Source: Azolla caroliniana
Taxonomy: Eukaryota; Plantae; Polypodiophyta
Direction: 5' to 3'
Length of the DNA: 64,000 bases
Assembly (NCBI GenBank): GCA_043228905.1
Contig: JBHGNT010000001.1
Coordinates: 20,832,001-20,896,000 of the forward strand
Under the pieces are notes generated by a model, which was not told where the DNA came from, did no database searches, and was given only the letters and a program-made list of their open reading frames with translations. Position 1 is the stretch's first letter, and every line of letters starts with the position of its first letter. Positions 26,051 through 38,414 of this stretch are shown here, one piece after another. The translations under genes and the position numbers were made by a program.

Positions 26051-27589
26051 GAACTGGAGTTAGTACAACATTTCACATTAGCAATTTAGACAGTATTTTG
26101 GTGTACCAAATAGTTCAAGTTCAGACATCACTAACAGTTCAGCTATAGCTCAAGTACAATTGAAAGACAATCAGGCACCATTTCACAATTTCGTCGATCT
26201 TGTAATGCGCTTGTTATTGTTGCTAGTTTTTTGTGATTTTACATTCTTCTTTATCTTAAAGCCTTTAGGTATCAGCTTACTAAATGACACTTCATCATTA
26301 GAGGCATCAAAGACAAACGTGGAAGTACGGACACCTTGTACCAGTGGCAAGCTTGAGAGAGCAACCGTGTTTTCTTCAACTGCAATGCTTGTACACACAT
26401 CCACAAAGGTACTGTTGATAGTCAAATTATCACTCATCTCTTGTATGTGGGCTATTTTAGTACTCATGTTGTTGCTAGTATGGTCATTCTGAGTACAATT
26501 AGGCTCTTGTATGTGGGCTATAGCAGTACTCATGGTGAAATCCTCTTGGCTGGTGATAGTCACCTCATTCTTAAGACCACTGTGCTCTCCTTCTTGGGTG
26601 GTCTTTATTGCCCTATCATCATCGGTGATGCTCTTGTAAACCTAAATAATGGGATTCCAGAGAATATTAGTATCAACTCACATACTCAAAATTTTGCAAA
26701 CATACCAACAACAATGAACATAGGGTTAATAGCCACATTTTTACCTATTGTTACATCGTCATACTGTACAGCCGTAGACAACCCATTGCAAGTGGTAGGC
26801 TCGGTCATCTTCTCCACAACATCTAAGTGTTCAACAGGTTGGAGCTCATTGTCAATAGAAGATTTCATAATAGTATCTATAGAATGCACCAAAAGCACTA
26901 CTATAATAGGGTTGTTATGATCTAAATCATTGTTTTCTTAGAGGGCTTTTGACGTGTACCTGGGAGTGTGATAAATTCGTCTTCATGATCAGGTTTTGGA
27001 CTCATATCTCCCTCACCAAAGATCATTTCGTCATCAACTAGTAACACAAGTACATGGTATTAGACAATGCATTAGGTTGACAACTCTCCGTACAAGTGAG
27101 AACATATATGACTCACCATTGCATTCAACTCTGCCTTTCTTGCCCTTTCCATACAACTTTCTTACAACATTCCTAATCTTAGTGGGCTCTTTTTTAAAGA
27201 CGTTAGGCATTCAACATACACACAAATGAGAATTAAGATATGCTAACTCAATTTGTGTTACCTGGATTGTTTTGATGTTGACCGGAGCTTGGGGAATTTG
27301 TTTGTAGAAGCATATGTTCCACTACTGCAATGGCCCTTCTCATACATTCATCTTCATCATAAAACACATAGTTTACTGGTAATGATGGTCCCTGAACCTT
27401 GGAATGTGCAGCAGATACCGAGGGTTTAGGCACAGGGGCTGGTTGTTCCATTACCTTCCCTGGCATGGAGTTGCTTGACACTACAACATTCATTGCAGGA
27501 AACAAAAAAATCTTCAACGTTAGTACCGTGATATAGAAAATACAATGTAGGTCACAAGAGCTGCATTACTAAATCATTAGGCTACACCT

Positions 27590-28620
27590 AGTTCCCATAT
27601 TACACATCTAGTACTAATCGTGAACAATGTATTACTCACTTAGTTCCCAAATTACACAACTAGTACTAATCGTGAACAATGTATTACTCACTTAGTTCCC
27701 AAATTACACAACTAGTACTAATCATGAACAATGTACTACTCACTTAGTTCCCAAATTACACAACTAGTACTAATCGTCAACAATGTACTACTCAGTTCCC
27801 AAATTACACAACTAATACTAATCGTCAACAATGTACTACAAGTATAGTGTGTACTAACACTAGTACTAGGCATGTTGTAATATAGATTGGACTAACATCT
27901 AATCCAACAAATGTAGATTGGAGTTTAGTACTAACATGGTATTTTGCACACAAGTAATACTAAACGTGATATGTGTTCTACACACCTAATTACATAACTA
28001 GTACTAATTACACCAACAACATTAATCTTCAATAGTATTAGTACTAAACATGATATGTGTTTCACACACCTCATTTCCAAATTACACAAATTGTACTAAT
28101 CTTCAGCAATTTACTATACACCTTGTTCCCAAATTACATAACTAGTACTAATCGTGAACAATGTACTACACAACTAATTCCCAAATTACACAAATAGTAC
28201 TAATAGTCAATAGTGTACTACAAGTATAGCGTGTACTAAACTAGTACTAGGCAAGTTGTAATATAGATTGGACGAACAACTTATCCAACAAATACATCTA
28301 AACAACTTCCTTCTTTAGTACTAAAGTGGTATTTTGCATACAAGTAGTACTAATCATGATATGTGTTCTACACTCCTAATTGCCAAATTACACGTTTAGT
28401 ACTAATCATTCACAGTGTACTACATACCTTGTGCTCAAATTACATAACTAGTACAAATCCCGAACAATGTCACACCTGGTTCCCAAATTACTCAAATAAT
28501 ACTAATTCTGGAAAATATCCGTTCAACTACCCATACCAATTATATATTAAGAGTATTGCCAATACTAACCCACATAAATAGGGTTCCACGTATTAGTTGT
28601 TGGAGCTACACTAGTACTAA
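27590..28620. repeat. Intronic tandem repeat, ~52-bp unit, rich in TAGTACTA
   Basis: CTAGTACTAATCGTGAACAATGTATTACTCACTTAGTTCCCAAATTACACAA repeated ~5 times, followed by diverged copies. Confidence 0.85.
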
Positions 28621-29757
28621 TCCATTGTTTTCCTAAATTTGAAGTATGAATTGTGGCATACATTAGTTCTAATCCAAATGTAAATTGACATCATATAATA
28701 CAAACAATAGAATGTAGAGCCACATACCGAACGAGTGTACTTTTAAACCCCAAGCATAGTACCACTCAACAGCAACTGTAGTTTTACAGTCCATACATGT
28801 ATTTTCTTTCTCAAAATGGTACTTAGCACATAGCACATGATATGTGTGCAAGCACGGTGTAATCACAACATCCATAGCCTCAAGCTTGAATCCGAGGCCA
28901 CAAAATATACACCTGGCAGATTGCAAACACAAGTTATAATATATTAGCTAATATGATATTTATACCACAGAAGTAGAAATAAATAACTTTTAAAGCCAAT
29001 ACCGTGATATAGCTATACTAGTAATGGTACTTTCCATACCACTTGGGTGCTCAATTACAGATGGACACAAAGTTTCAAAACCTTTTTGTTTTAAATCCTA
29101 CATCAAGCACGCAAGGTTCTCGGAATGCAACTTTAAAGCTGACAACTTATTATCTAGTTCGCAATGTGCATTTATGTAAGTATCAAGGTCTCTCATATGT
29201 GATCCTAATTAAGTGCCCATATTGTTCAACTCTTTCTTCAACTCCTCTTTCAACGCCTCACTTTTTGAATTTTGGATTTTTGATGCAATCCATTCATATG
29301 TAGTCTTTATTGAAGAGAATTGCTTTGAAGCCTGTATCTTAGCTGATTTAACTGCTTCCAAATCAGCAAGTAGTGCTTATATTCTTGAGCTCATAGAAGC
29401 TATGCAACCGGCCATCATCTGTTCATGCTTTTCAGTCATTGTGGCATGTAGCTTTGAAGATTGAACTTGGTGGACAGGTGTTGTAGTCAGAATATCCACA
29501 TGAGAGGTTCCCGATGACTTCAAGCCAGTGTTGGTACTAGAGGACCCTTTATAATGTTCTGATCGGTGACGATTAAAATCTTCCCAATCTTAGTCGATGC
29601 CACCTTGGACTTCACATGCAAATGCACGTGCAAAAACAATACCCACCTCATTGTTAGAGATTTGATTAGTATCATAAACATGTTCATATTGACAGGACTA
29701 CATGCCCCCGATAAGCAACGCTCGGCCACAACCGAGTTTAGGATCAAATGCAGAAAA

Positions 29758-31170
29758 CGGGTAATGTACGCACGACATAGTGAAGAGAAGAGTACACAGG
29801 ACATTAACGTGGAAAACCCAAACTAGGGAAAAACCACGACAGCCCACAGACCGCAAACTATCACTATATCACAATGTACAATAGTAAAGCACCGAGGCAA
29901 CAACCTCGAGCTTGCTATCTTCGCCACAGGCGGCGGTTACAACAGAGGCAACGACCTCTTCCTCTCTCTCTCTCTCTCTTTGTACACAGTTACACGGGTA
30001 ATGTACGCACGACACAGTGAAGAGAAGAGTACACAGGACGTTAACGTGGAAAACCCAAACTAGGGAAAAACCACGGCAGCCCACAGACCGCAAACTATCA
30101 CTATATCACAATGTACAATAGTGAAGCACCGAGGCAACAACCTCGAGCTTGCTATCTTCGCCACAGACGGCGGTTACAACAGAGGCAATGACCTCTTCCT
30201 CTCTCTCTCTCTCTGTACACAGTTACACGGGTAATGTACGCACGACACATTGAAGAGAAGAGTACACAGGACGTTAACGTGGAAAACCCAAACTAGGGAA
30301 AAACCACGGCAGCCCACAGACCGCAAACTATCACTATATCACAATGTACAATAGTGAAGCACCGAGGCAACAACCTCGAGCTTGCTATCTTCGCCACAGG
30401 CGGCGGTTACAACAGAGGCAACGACCTCTTCCTCTCTCTCTCTCTCTCTTTGTACACAGTTACACGGGTAATGTACGCACGGCACAGTGAAGAGAAGAGT
30501 ACACAGGACGTTAACGTGGAAAACCCAAACTAGGGAAAAACCACGGCAGCCCACAGACCGCAAACTATCACTATATCACAATGTACAATAGTGAAGCACC
30601 GAGGCAACAACCTCGAGCTTGCTATCTTCGCCACAGGCGGTGGTTACAACAGAGGCAACGACCTCTTCCTCTCTCTCTCTCTCTCTCTCTGTACACAGTT
30701 ACACGGGTAATGTACGCACGACACATTGAAGAGAAGAGTACACAGGACGTTAACGTGGAAAACCCAAACTAGGGAAAAACCACAGCAACCCACAGACCGC
30801 AAACTATCACTATATCACAATGTACAATAGTAAAGCACCGAGGCAACAACCTCGAGCTTGCTATCTTCGCCACAGGCGGCGGTTACAACAGAGGCAACGA
30901 CCTCTTCCTCTTTCTCTCTCTCTCTGTACACAGTTACACGGGTAATGTACGCACGACACAGTGAAGAGAAGAGTACACAAGACGTTAACGTGGAAAACCC
31001 AAACTAGGGAAAAACCACGGCAGCCCATAGACCGCAAACTATCACTATATCACAATGTACAATAGTAAAGCAGCGAGGCAACAACCTCGAGCTTGCTATC
31101 TTCGCCATAGGCGGCGGTTACAACAGAGGCAACGACCTCTTCCTCTCTCTCTCTCTGTACACAGTTACAC
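29758..31170. repeat. Six tandem copies of a 233-239 bp segment inside the copia 3' LTR
   Basis: CGGGTAATGTACGCAC at 29758, 29995, 30228, 30465, 30704 and 30939; the 5' LTR has a single copy. Confidence 0.95.
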
Positions 31171-34100
31171 ACAGAATTATCGCAACAACGATAATCACAC
31201 AACTAACTCACACATCATCAGTTTGCCCTAAGTCATATTTATGCTAATATGACTTTTCGGCTATTTACAAATATAGCCCCAATGGACTCTCAGAAACATA
31301 TTTACGAATATGTCCCTTCATCCGGTGAGCACTTCTCACCAGGCCTTCACCATCCGGCTCTTGCCGGGCACTCGTCATCCGGTTCTCACCGGGTCTTCAC
31401 CATCCGGCTCTTGTCGGGCACTCGTCATCCGGTTCTCACCGGGTCTTCACCATCTGGCTCTTGCCGGGCACTCGTCATCCGGTTCTCACCGAGTCTTCCG
31501 TTGCCGGGTACACCTCATCCGGTTCTCACCGGGTCTTCCATTGTTGGGTACTCCTATCCCATCCGGAGGGATCTGTTTCCTAACAAACTCCCCCTTCACT
31601 CCGGCATGGGATGTCTTACTAGTCTGATCCGCTTCCGACATGCATCCAACTTGTTGGGTATCAGCACTTTGGTCAGCATATCTGACCCGTTCTCGGCCGT
31701 ATGGATCTTCGTCAGTGCAAACTCTCAATCTTCTACTCGCTCCCGGATCTAGTGATACCTATGCTGGATGTGCTTCGTCTTGGAATGGTACGCTGCGTTC
31801 TTAGCAAGGTGGATGGCACTTTGACTGTCGCAATAGAGCTGGTATTCATCTTGCCGGATACCGAGCTCTCCGATGAAGTCCTTCATCCATAATATTTCCT
31901 TGCCGGCTTCCACAGCCGCCATGTACTCCGCCTCCGTGGTTGACAACGCAACCATCTTCTGCAGCCTCGACTGCCACGAAATAGCTCCCCCTGCACATGT
32001 CATTACATACCTGGATGTAGACCGGCTGGTATCCACATCAGCCGACATGTCCGAATCGGTAAAACCGTCAAGTTGAGGTTTACTGGAGCCGAATCGAAGT
32101 GCCCTTCAAGTACCGGAGTATCTATTTGCCCGCATTCCAATGCTCCTTGCCGGGATTGCTCATAAACCGGCTCACCACTCCGACTGTGTATCCAATATCG
32201 GGCTGAGTACACACCATTGCGTACAGCAAGCTCCCGATGGCAGAGGCATATGGAACCTTCATCATACCCGCCTTCTCTACTTTCGTCTTTGGGCTTTGCT
32301 TACTGGATAACCTGCAGTTTGCCGGAAGTGTCAATCCGACTGGTTTCACATCTGACATGTTGAACCGCTGAAGCACCTTTGTCACGTATTTCTCCTATGA
32401 CAGCCACAATTGCTTCTTTGACCAGTCCCGGATGATATACATCCCCAACATCTGTCTTGCCGGACCCAAGTCTTTCATTGCGAAAGTTCGGTTGAGAGCC
32501 TTCTTCAGCATCTGAATTTTGGCTTGGTCCCATCCGACGATCAACATGTTGTCCACGTACAGAAGGAGTATCAGGAAGTCGCCTCCTTCGAACTTCTTCA
32601 CAAACACGCAGTGATTGGCCTGCGTCTTGTGGTACCCTTGATTAGTCATGAAGGAGTCGAACTTCCAGTACCATTGTCGGGGAGCTTGCTTCAGTCCGTA
32701 CAAGCTCTTCTTCAACTGACAAACCAGGTGCTCCTTCCCTTTCTCCACGAATCCTTCCGGTTGCTGCATGTAGATCTCCTCTTCGAGGTCACCGTGAAGG
32801 AATGTCTTCTTCACGTCCAACTGCTCTACCTCGAGGTCCATGCTTGCCGTTATACTTAGCACCGTCCGGATGGAGGTCATCTTTACTACCGGGGCAAATA
32901 TCTCGTCGAAGTCCACGCCCTTCTTCTACTCTTCACCACAATCCTGGCTTTGTATCTCGGGGGGTTGCCAGCATCTCCCGGTTTCAGCTTGTACACCCAC
33001 TTGTTTCGGAGTGCCCGCTTTCCTTTCGGCGACTCCACCAATTCGTACGTATGGTTCTCATGCAGGGAATCTATCTCATCCTGCATGGCACTTAACCATT
33101 TGCGGTTGTGGGTGTCTTCCTTCGCTTCTTCGAAGCTTTCCGGTTCTCCCTCTTTTGGTCAGCAGCACATGCTCTGCGTCCGGAAATCTCCGGGGGGGCC
33201 TTCTCTCTCCAAGAGGATATCTCCGTCTTTGGCCTTCGGCAACCGACTCCACTATTTGATCTTCATCCGAATCGGATTCGGGGTCTTGTCCGGTTCCGGT
33301 TTCAGCTTCCTCTACTTCTTCTTCTGCCGGTTCGGTGTCCTCGCCGTAATCGGCTGGTTCCTCGAGTGCTAACCGATCTCTTGTCGGTTGGGTCTGCTTA
33401 TCGTGGAATCGATCCTTACCGGTCGATGTTGCCGATTAGGAACACGGTCCGCGGTCAGTCCTTCGACCTAGACCTCCAAGGGGGTGTGGAACAACGAACA
33501 GATGTTTAAGCGTAATGCGTAGGGGAAGGTTCCCTGTAACCTATCAGCGTATAAGGGAGACGGCTACAACCAAATCCCTATCAAGGGTTACACTTACATA
33601 CTTAAATGCTTAGGTATTCAAGACACACACAGTGAATTAGCCGTAGCTATACACAGGAAATCAGAGAAGATAGAATTTTATTATGAGACGTTTCTTTACA
33701 TTCCCAAAATTACACGCTCCCTCTATCAGAGGTTTTCTGCCCTTTATATACGCAGGGCCTATTTAGCCATTCACGCTTCTTGCGTGATCCGTTACATGCG
33801 TTATGCTCTTATATTAATTCTTAGTCCTACGCTTTTGTCCGTCGGTTACTATTCCGACGGACAACACCTGGCACGTCGGACCCATCCTGTTAATCCTCTT
33901 CTAAAATGGCCCGAATGTTTGGCTCTGCTGCGGTGTCTGCGTCCGGAGGTGACGTAGGGCCCGTACGTGCATCTTGGTGTGGCTCCCCTGTCTGGTCGGG
34001 CTGGTTTCCCCCGGAGTCACAGTCGCCGTGTGTGGGCGGTCCGGGTACGGTGGGCTCCTCTTGAGCTAGTGGGATGGGCTCCGCCGTTGTTGTGCTTGAA

Positions 34101-35666
34101 GTCGGCTGTGGCTCCGCCTCCATTGTTATGTCCTCCGTGGTGTCGGCCGTTTTTGTAAGTTTCGGGGAGTGGGGCGGAGATCCCGCTTGGCCCGCACTGT
34201 GCTCCGTGTGGTCTGATGATAGCGTGGGCTCGTGCGGATGAACCTCCTTTTGTGTAGTGGTTTCATTGTCTGGTCCTGTGGGGAACTCCGCTCGTCGGTC
34301 CCCGCTGTTCTCGGTCGTTGTCATTTTTGGTGATCGGGTCTGAGGTTCCTCTTCTTTGGCCGTGCCTAGAATTGGCGTCGTGCTGGATTCCTTGTTTGTG
34401 CGCGTGTTGCCGGCTTGTGTGATCTGGTGAAATAGCTCCTCCTGGCTTTCACCAAAATCATCTAAGAGCTGCGCGAGTTCTTTAGAGTGTTGGTCAGCTA
34501 GCGCATGATAGTCTTGCGCGAGGTCCTCTCGTACGGCCGCAATGCTCTCCTCATTTAGTTTATAGAAACCTCAACCGTCTTTTCGCCGGTTCTCCCAGTT
34601 CGCACGATACGCGTGCAATTCCGCTGCTTGGGTTGCCCATGCCATCCATCCTTTGTCCAGCGCCGTTTTCAATTGCGCTGTGAACCTCTCCTGATTTGTT
34701 TGGAGAAGGATATGCACATTATCTATGATGGCCTGGCAACGGTTGCGTGCGTCTTCCATCGACTTCTGGAGATTTGCGATTTCTTGCTGTTTAACCGCCG
34801 CCGCTTCATCGTACGTGGCCTTCAGGCCCGCCCACAACTGGGATTCCTTTGCATGCTGTTCTTCTAGTTTCCCCATTTCGTTGTTTAGGCGGATTTCGAG
34901 CTGATGCCTTCTATCTTGTTGGACCACCAACTGCTCGTCGAACCATACCTTCTTTTTTTCTAATAAGGCCCGGAGTCCCGCTGTCGTGCCTTTCGGCTCC
35001 GGATCGTTTGCGTGAGTCGGGTGGGAACCACTGGGGTTTTGGACTAGGAGGAGGAAGAATTTGAGGCTAATCTTGTGAATCCCACAAGTATTACATTAAT
35101 CAATATTTATGTAAGAATATGAATTTAGATTGAAAGAGATAGATTATCTTAAACTTCGTGAATCCCACGAGTATATTTTATTAATTGGTGTTTTAGGAAA
35201 TATATCCAATTTCCCAAATATTTCACACACAATTACATTGTGCTTCCCATCCTTATGTAGTGATGAGGAAGTCTTAGTAATCCATGCTTTTTCTCTAACT
35301 ATAGACCCCATGCTTTTCCTATAGATAGACTATATGCTTTATCTAAAGTGATCATGCTTTTTTCTAACTTGTGCGTTTTTTATCATGCACGCTAGATGTG
35401 TATGTGTAGCTTTTTCTTTTGTTATGCGTTTTTCTAATGTTTATCCTAGCGTGAATTTACCTTTCTATGTGGGACATCTATGCTTTAACACTAATGAAAT
35501 GCTAGTGTAATGGTAAGACATTACATTATTAACATGGAGGTGCAAGGTTTGAATCTTGCCCTATGCATGTTCCATTTATTTTGCTATTTTCTTCTATTTC
35601 TTCATTTTTTATTGAATCTAATACTATATACATTTTTCACGTAGTGTACAAAATACACTACGACAC

Positions 35667-37712
35667 TCACCCCCTCCAAAGCCGCACATCCTCCGGTATG
35701 TGCCGAAGTTGTTGGTGTTTGTTAGTCTCCTCCGTCCGGTCTCTACCCGATTGGTTTCGTTGCCGGCTCGTAGTACCCTCGACTTCTCTTGTTATGTTGA
35801 CTTTGTCTCTCCATTTGGAGCACATCCATTCTTTCCACCCGAACCATTGTCGACATCCGATCCACCATAGTCTTCGTTCGCTTTTTGCATGGCCTGCTTG
35901 GTCCTTGTCATCCGCGGTAGTATCTTTTCTTGCCCTCTTTCTTTTCTTCATCAATCTCGACTTCTTTTCGGATTTTCGGTTTAGTCGGATTAGCTTACTT
36001 CCGATTCGGTCTCGTCGGATCGTCTTTCGTTTAGTTCGGCTTCCTTTCCGATTTGTATTCGGTCGATCCGGACTCGGTTGATCGGTTTTTACCGATTCAG
36101 TGCTCTTTCGGGTCGGTTTCTTTTCTTTTCTTTTCGTCCGGATTTGCTTTCTTTTCTTCGTTTTCACCTGCCTTGTCCGGTTCGACTTTCGGCACTTCTT
36201 TCCGTTGTTCGCTACGTAGGTCCTCCGATATGTGCTCGTTGTTCGGTCCTCGTGTGGTTGTAATGCATGCTTCTTTTCTCGCCGTAGCGCGTGCTTCTTT
36301 ATTCGCCATAACACGCGTTTCTTTATTCGCCGTAGAGCGTGCTCTGTATTACGCGCTTCTCCCGTCGTAGACCCGACCTCCGCATTGTCGCACTTTCTTT
36401 TAGATTGGAATTTCGGATGGATCATTTTCCATCCGAACCGACTTCCGACTTTACCTTCCTCGCCGCCATCTCCCGTCTCTCCGGTCTCACGTTGGTTCTC
36501 GGACACAACCGCCGAAGTCTCTAGATATTGTTGGCATGAATCCTCGGTATTACCTTCTTTCGTAGTTTCACCCTTAGCATTCTTCTCGGCTATCTCTTCA
36601 TCGTATTCGTCGGCTTCGACATTCGTTTTCTCTCCGCCACCTTCCGTCTCTTCGGTCTCACGTTGCCTTTCGATCGCAACCGCCGGAGTCTCTGGAATCA
36701 GTGGTGGGGAAGTCTCGATATGGCAATCCGCCATTGATTCATCCATAGCCACCTCCGATTCGATTTCGTCTTTTGTGGCTACCTCCTTAATCACATCCGC
36801 TTCACACTCTTTATCTGCATCAATTATGCAAACATCTATTATGCTTACCCCTTTTTGACCCGATGTCTCGGGCACTTGTATCCCGAAATTTCCTTCTACA
36901 CTTGAATTATCGGCCTTATCCTTCGCCATCGTTCTTTCACAAGACGAGTGGGTGTCTTGTTCCACTCTTTCTCCCGTGGTACCATCATGTTGTATTTCGG
37001 CCTTCATATTGGCTTCATCGTTTTTCCTCAATCGACCATCCTTCATGGGCCATGTCGTTGTTGACGAGATTCTCAGCTTCCTTTCATCATGTCTTCGGCA
37101 TACCCTTTCGACTTTAGCCCAATCCTCGGTAAGGCCGTTCGCACCGTCATCATCTTCGAGTTCGATCCCAATGTCCATCCTTTCTTTCCGATCGATCGAT
37201 CTTACGAACATTAAGACTTTATCTTCTCCCACCAATCTTCGTTCCCGCTCCGAGAGTCGAGCAAAACGATGCTCGAACTCTAGGAACGCTTGCGTTGCAC
37301 TTCGGTGAGTCTTCTCCGACGCCACCCATTCGTCGAATTCTCGTCGATCTCGTCCCTTCGATCTCTCGTAGTCATATGCCTCTCGTAAAGCTTCTTCAAA
37401 GGACTCCCATGTCGAGTTTTGTTGTTGTATCTTGTGGATTCTCTCTTGTAGTTCGTTCGAGGCCACCCGGTTAAAGGATATCACTTGCAATCCTTCCGGT
37501 ATCCGATATTGCATCATCTCCGCCTTATATTCACGTAGGTAGCGTGACACACCCTTACCGTTGAATTGTCCGTTTCGTTGTACGAGCCGCTTTACTACCG
37601 CCGTGATCTCCGACATCGCTCGTTGTTCTTGTAGCATCCGTTCGAACATCATCATCATCGTTATGCTCATCGCCTCTTGTTGATTCTCCATCTCCTTGCC
37701 ACCCGCCTTCAC
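35667..37712 (-). CDS. Gag-like protein with acidic middle and very basic C-terminus (copy 1)
   Basis: Open 681-codon frame filling the whole internal region; FNGKGVSRYLREY..TWESFEEALREAY is retrotransposon gag-like. The listed start is a GTG inside the PBS; the real start is probably a downstream ATG. Confidence 0.8.
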   Translation of the reverse strand: MKAGGKEMENQQEAMSITMMMMFERMLQEQRAMSEITAVVKRLVQRNGQFNGKGVSRYLREYKAEMMQYRIPEGLQVISFNRVASNELQERIHKIQQQNSTWESFEEALREAYDYERSKGRDRREFDEWVASEKTHRSATQAFLEFEHRFARLSERERRLVGEDKVLMFVRSIDRKERMDIGIELEDDDGANGLTEDWAKVERVCRRHDERKLRISSTTTWPMKDGRLRKNDEANMKAEIQHDGTTGERVEQDTHSSCERTMAKDKADNSSVEGNFGIQVPETSGQKGVSIIDVCIIDADKECEADVIKEVATKDEIESEVAMDESMADCHIETSPPLIPETPAVAIERQRETEETEGGGEKTNVEADEYDEEIAEKNAKGETTKEGNTEDSCQQYLETSAVVSENQRETGETGDGGEEGKVGSRFGWKMIHPKFQSKRKCDNAEVGSTTGEARNTEHALRRIKKRVLWRIKKHALRREKKHALQPHEDRTTSTYRRTYVANNGKKCRKSNRTRQVKTKKRKQIRTKRKEKKPTRKSTESVKTDQPSPDRPNTNRKGSRTKRKTIRRDRIGSKLIRLNRKSEKKSRLMKKRKRARKDTTADDKDQAGHAKSERRLWWIGCRQWFGWKEWMCSKWRDKVNITREVEGTTSRQRNQSGRDRTEETNKHQQLRHIPEDVRLWRG

Positions 37713-37725
37713 GTCGGGTTCACCA
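37708..37725 (-). promoter_or_regulatory. Primer-binding site complementary to tRNA-Trp (repeated at 40456-40473)
   Basis: Plus strand TTCACGTCGGGTTCACCA matches the 3' end of plant cytosolic tRNA-Trp(CCA) as I recall it; 4 bp from the LTR. Confidence 0.8.
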
Positions 37726-38414
37726 ACTGTGTCGTGCCTTTCGGCTCCGGATCGTTTGCGTGAGTCGGGTGGGAACCACTGGGGTTTTGGACTAGGAGGA
37801 GGAAGAATTTGAGGCTAATCTTGTGAATCCCACAAGTATTACATTAATCAATATTTATGTAAGAATATGAATTTAGATTGAAAGAGATAGATTATCTTAA
37901 ACTTCGTGAATCCCACGAGTATATTTTATTAATTGGTGTTTTAGGAAATATATCCAATTTCCCAAATATTTCACACACAATTACATTGTGCTTCCCATCC
38001 TTATGTAGTGATGAGGAAGTCTTAGTAATCCATGCTTTTTCTCTAACTATAGACCCCATGCTTTTCCTATAGATAGACTATATGCTTTATCTAAAGTGAT
38101 CATGCTTTTTTCTAACTTGTGCGTTTTTTATCATGCACGCTAGATGTGTATGTGTAGCTTTTTCTTTTGTTATGCGTTTTTCTAATGTTTATCCTAGCGT
38201 GAATTTACCTTTCTATGTGGGACATCTATGCTTTAACACTAATGAAATGCTAGTGTAATGGTAAGACATTACATTATTAACATGGAGGTGCAAGGTTCGA
38301 ATCTTGCCCTATGCATGTTCCATTTATTTTGCTATTTTCTTCTATTTCTTCATTTTTTATTGAATCTAATACTATATACATTTTTCACGTAGTGTACAAA
38401 ATACACTACGACAC

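Noticed and set aside
29869-30772. Repeated small ORFs containing RERERE or LSLSLS
   Set aside because: Artefacts of the (CT)n tract in the amplified LTR unit.
18310-31170. CRISPR-like arrays among the 145-, 83-, 52- and 237-bp repeats
   Set aside because: All are contiguous tandem duplications without unique spacers; no cas genes.
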